Assembly (NCBI RefSeq): GCF_964204645.1
Contig: NC_134029.1
Location: 10,752,850 to 10,816,849 of the forward strand
Source of the DNA: Tubulanus polymorphus
Taxonomy: Eukaryota > Animalia > Nemertea
Direction: 5' to 3'
Length of the DNA: 64,000 nt
Shown one piece after another: positions 61,000-64,000 of the stretch. Each line of letters opens with the position of its first letter. Positions within the stretch are counted from its first letter, which is position 1. Under the pieces are notes generated by a model that saw only the letters and a program-made list of their open reading frames with translations, had not been told where the DNA came from and made no database searches. A program made the translations under genes and the position numbers.

Positions 61000-63900
61000 T
61001 GTTTCGATATCGGCAATAATTGAAGGAATGAACAACAATATGTTGATTTTAGGGATTATCAGGATGATCACCATGTGAATCATTCAATAGTACGGGTCAT
61101 TTTCATGTACTCCTCCCAAATGTACAACTCAAATAGACTGAGGTTGTAATTTAAGAAATTAAACTTATATAGGAATACTGTATATATTGAGAATAATTCT
61201 ATAGTAAGGGTCATTTTATACACTCATTTCAAATGGAATGAATTTGGTTTATGGAAAGTAATACACGTAAAAACTAAACCGTGAAGTAGGGATCAGTTCT
61301 ATAGTAAGGGTCATTTTTATATGTTTTATATACTACGTGAAGTAGGGGTCAGTTGATTAATAATCATCTCAAAAGGACTGACTTGGTTTTAAATAGTAAT
61401 ATTCATGTAGAAATACTACACTTGGAATTATTTTATAGTAGGGGTCATTTTTATATACAATGTATACTCATACCAACTTTGGTTTTTGAAGAGTAATATT
61501 TCTATAGGAATACTTTACTGCCAGTCGTTCTACATTAAGATACATAATTTATATAGAAATATTGTGAATCATTATACGGAAGGGTTTATGTGTAGAAACA
61601 AAAGCCAGTGAATATGACCGTTTTATGACCAGGCTCATGATAGCTGGTGAATCGGTGACAATCTTCTGGTCAAAAATGGGAAGTAGTACTAAAATGGTCG
61701 ATATCCAATTGGTCAAAAAAACCGAGGGCTCAATAAGGATACTGTAATGACTTACCAATTTTTTTACTGACACCTTTTACTTCAAATTTACATCTTGAAA
61801 ATAAAGACAAATCCTTTGCGCAAACTATTCGTTTCGATCTCCTCCTTGTAGTTCACTCTGAAAATAACCAAATTACTGATTAGGCACAGGCCTAAATGAT
61901 AAGAATTTACAAAGATAACAAAGAAAATAACAAAATGCATAGACTGGGGCATCAATATCCTAAATATAAAATGGACTGAATTTGCTGCTTGAAGATACCT
62001 ATTTATACAGAAAAACTATATTTACATTTATTCTATAAAAGGTGTCACCTTTATGTACTCATCACAAACAGACTGACTTAGGTATTTGAAGATACCATGA
62101 CACGCTTTATTGTGAATTATTCTAGACGGAGGTTGTTTTTCTACAATCATCTCCTTTGAGATGACTGGTTCTCGAAGATTTATGTTTAACACTATTCTCT
62201 GAATCATATTATTCTAAGGGTCATTTTTATATAATCATCTCGATTAAACTGACTGTGGTTATTGGAAATAACATATATTGAGAATGACTATTCTGCGAGT
62301 CATTCCACACAATGTGTCGTTGCATATTCTTCTCAAATAAAGTGACTCCGGTTATGGTAATTAATATTTGCACACTTGACTGAGATTCAATCTATCGTAG
62401 GAGCCATTTTTATACTCATCTGAAATAGACTGACTTTGATTTTGAAGATAAATATTTATACACTATTCTGAAATTAATTCTATGGTAGAACACATCCTTA
62501 TACTTATCTCAAATAGACTGACTTTGGTTTTTGGTGATTAATATTAGCACACTTTACTGCGATTCAATCTACAGGAGGAGTAGTTTTTATATTCATCTCA
62601 AATAGACTGTTTTCTTTAAAGGTTGTAACTTATACACTATAATTGAATTCATTCTATGGAAGGACACATTCTTATACAACTTATCTTCTTATACTTATCT
62701 CAAATAGGTCTAGATTGACTTTGGTTTTTGATTATCAATATTTATACACTACAGCTACAGTTTAACTCAAATAGACTGGTTTTTTATGATTAATATTTAT
62801 ACAGAAGGAAAAAAGACTTAATCTATAGTAGGAGTCGTTTTTACACTTATTTCAAATAGACTGACTTTGGTTTTAAAGATAAATATTTATACGCTATACT
62901 GAAATTAATTAATTCTGTGGTTGGACACATTCTTATACTAATCTCAAATAGACTGTTTTTTTTTTAAGATTATAACTAATACACTATAATTGAATCCATT
63001 CCATGGTAGGACACATTCTTATACTTATATAAAAAAGGCCTAGATTGACTTTGGTTTTTGATGATCCATATTTATACACTATCAAAAGACTAAATCTATA
63101 GTAGGAGTTGTTTCTATACATATCTCAACTAGACTGAGTTTGGTATTTTATAGTTAATATTTATACACTATGAAAAAGGTCATTTTATATACTCATCTCA
63201 AATGGTCTGAATTTGGTTTTTGGAGAGTAAAACATGACACACTATACTGTGAAGTAGGGGTCAGTTGATTAATAATCATCTCAAAAGGACTGACTTGGTT
63301 TTAAATAGTAATATTCATGTAGAAATACTACACTTGGAATTATTTTATAGTAGGGGTCATTTTTATATACAATGTATACTCATACCAACTTTGGTTTTTG
63401 AAGAGTAATATTTCTATAGGAATACTTTACTGCCAGTCGTTCTACATTAAGATACATAATTTATATAGAAATATTGTGAATCATTATACGGAAGGGTTTA
63501 TGTGTAGAAACAAAAGCCAGTGAATATGACCGTTTTATGACCAGGCTCATGATAGCTGGTGAATCGGTGACAATCTTCTGGTCAAAAATGGGAAGTAGTA
63601 CTAAAATGGTCGATATCCAATTGGTCAAAAAAACCGAGGGCTCAATAAGGATACTGTAATGACTTACCAATTTTTTTACTGACACCTTTTACTTCAAATT
63701 TACATCTTGAAAATAAAGACAAATCCTTTGCGCAAACTATTCGTTTCGATCTCCTCCTTGTAGTTCACTCTGAAAATAACCAAATTACTGATTAGGCACA
63801 GGCCTAAATGATAAGAATTTACAAAGATAACAAAGAAAATAACAAAATGCATAGACTGGGGCATCAATATCCTAAATATAAAATGGACTGAATTTGCTGC

Positions 63901-64000
63901 TTGAAGATACCTATTTATACAGAAAAACTATATTTACATTTATTCTATAAAAGGTGTCACCTTTATGTACTCATCACAAACAGACTGACTTAGGTATTTG
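61000..64000. repeat. Degenerate ~75-80-bp tandem satellite with a 1912-bp-period near-perfect duplication (61337-62088 = 63249-64000)
   Basis: Recurrent ctatagtaggggtcatttttatactcatctcaaatagactgactttgg; identical ORFs 61549-61773 and 63461-63685. Confidence 0.85.

Noticed and set aside
62400-63250. Regularly spaced repeats resembling a CRISPR array
   Set aside because: Units are degenerate along their whole length, with no unique spacers and no cas genes; the context is eukaryotic
61549-63685. Two identical 74-aa ORFs
   Set aside because: Identity reflects the 1912-bp duplication; non-ATG start and no recognisable motif

Overview
Eukaryotic (probably invertebrate animal) genomic DNA made almost entirely of nested transposable elements and endogenous viruses; no intact host gene is recognisable. 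It holds a cluster of AT-rich Polinton/Maverick (adintovirus-like) elements. One is complete at 33493-51828 (AGT...ACT ends, ~550-bp TIRs, 6-bp TSD CCCCGT) and encodes an HNH nuclease, integrase, packaging ATPase, major and minor capsid proteins, several membrane proteins and a protein-primed PolB, with no recognisable adenain protease. Decayed relatives lie at 1-5380, 18133-27554 and 28659-32921. Between and inside them are a solo LTR, an IS3EU-like integrase plus HECT-ligase element with a nested ISL2EU-like transposon (THAP-DDE plus YqaJ), two copies of a non-autonomous MULE-like element, Harbinger-like MITEs, two Penelope-like fragments (one with a hammerhead ribozyme) and a satellite-rich right end. 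The most striking observation is an intein with a LAGLIDADG homing endonuclease in the catalytic YFD/TD motif of one Polinton polymerase, while two intein-free alleles lie in the same window. Other highlights are an optional giant-virus-type HNH gene, an almost universal ATAAATG start context, and ~400-bp fold-back termini. Together these hint at a Polinton lineage that exchanges genes with, or parasitises, a large DNA virus. All family assignments come from motif recognition, not database searches.
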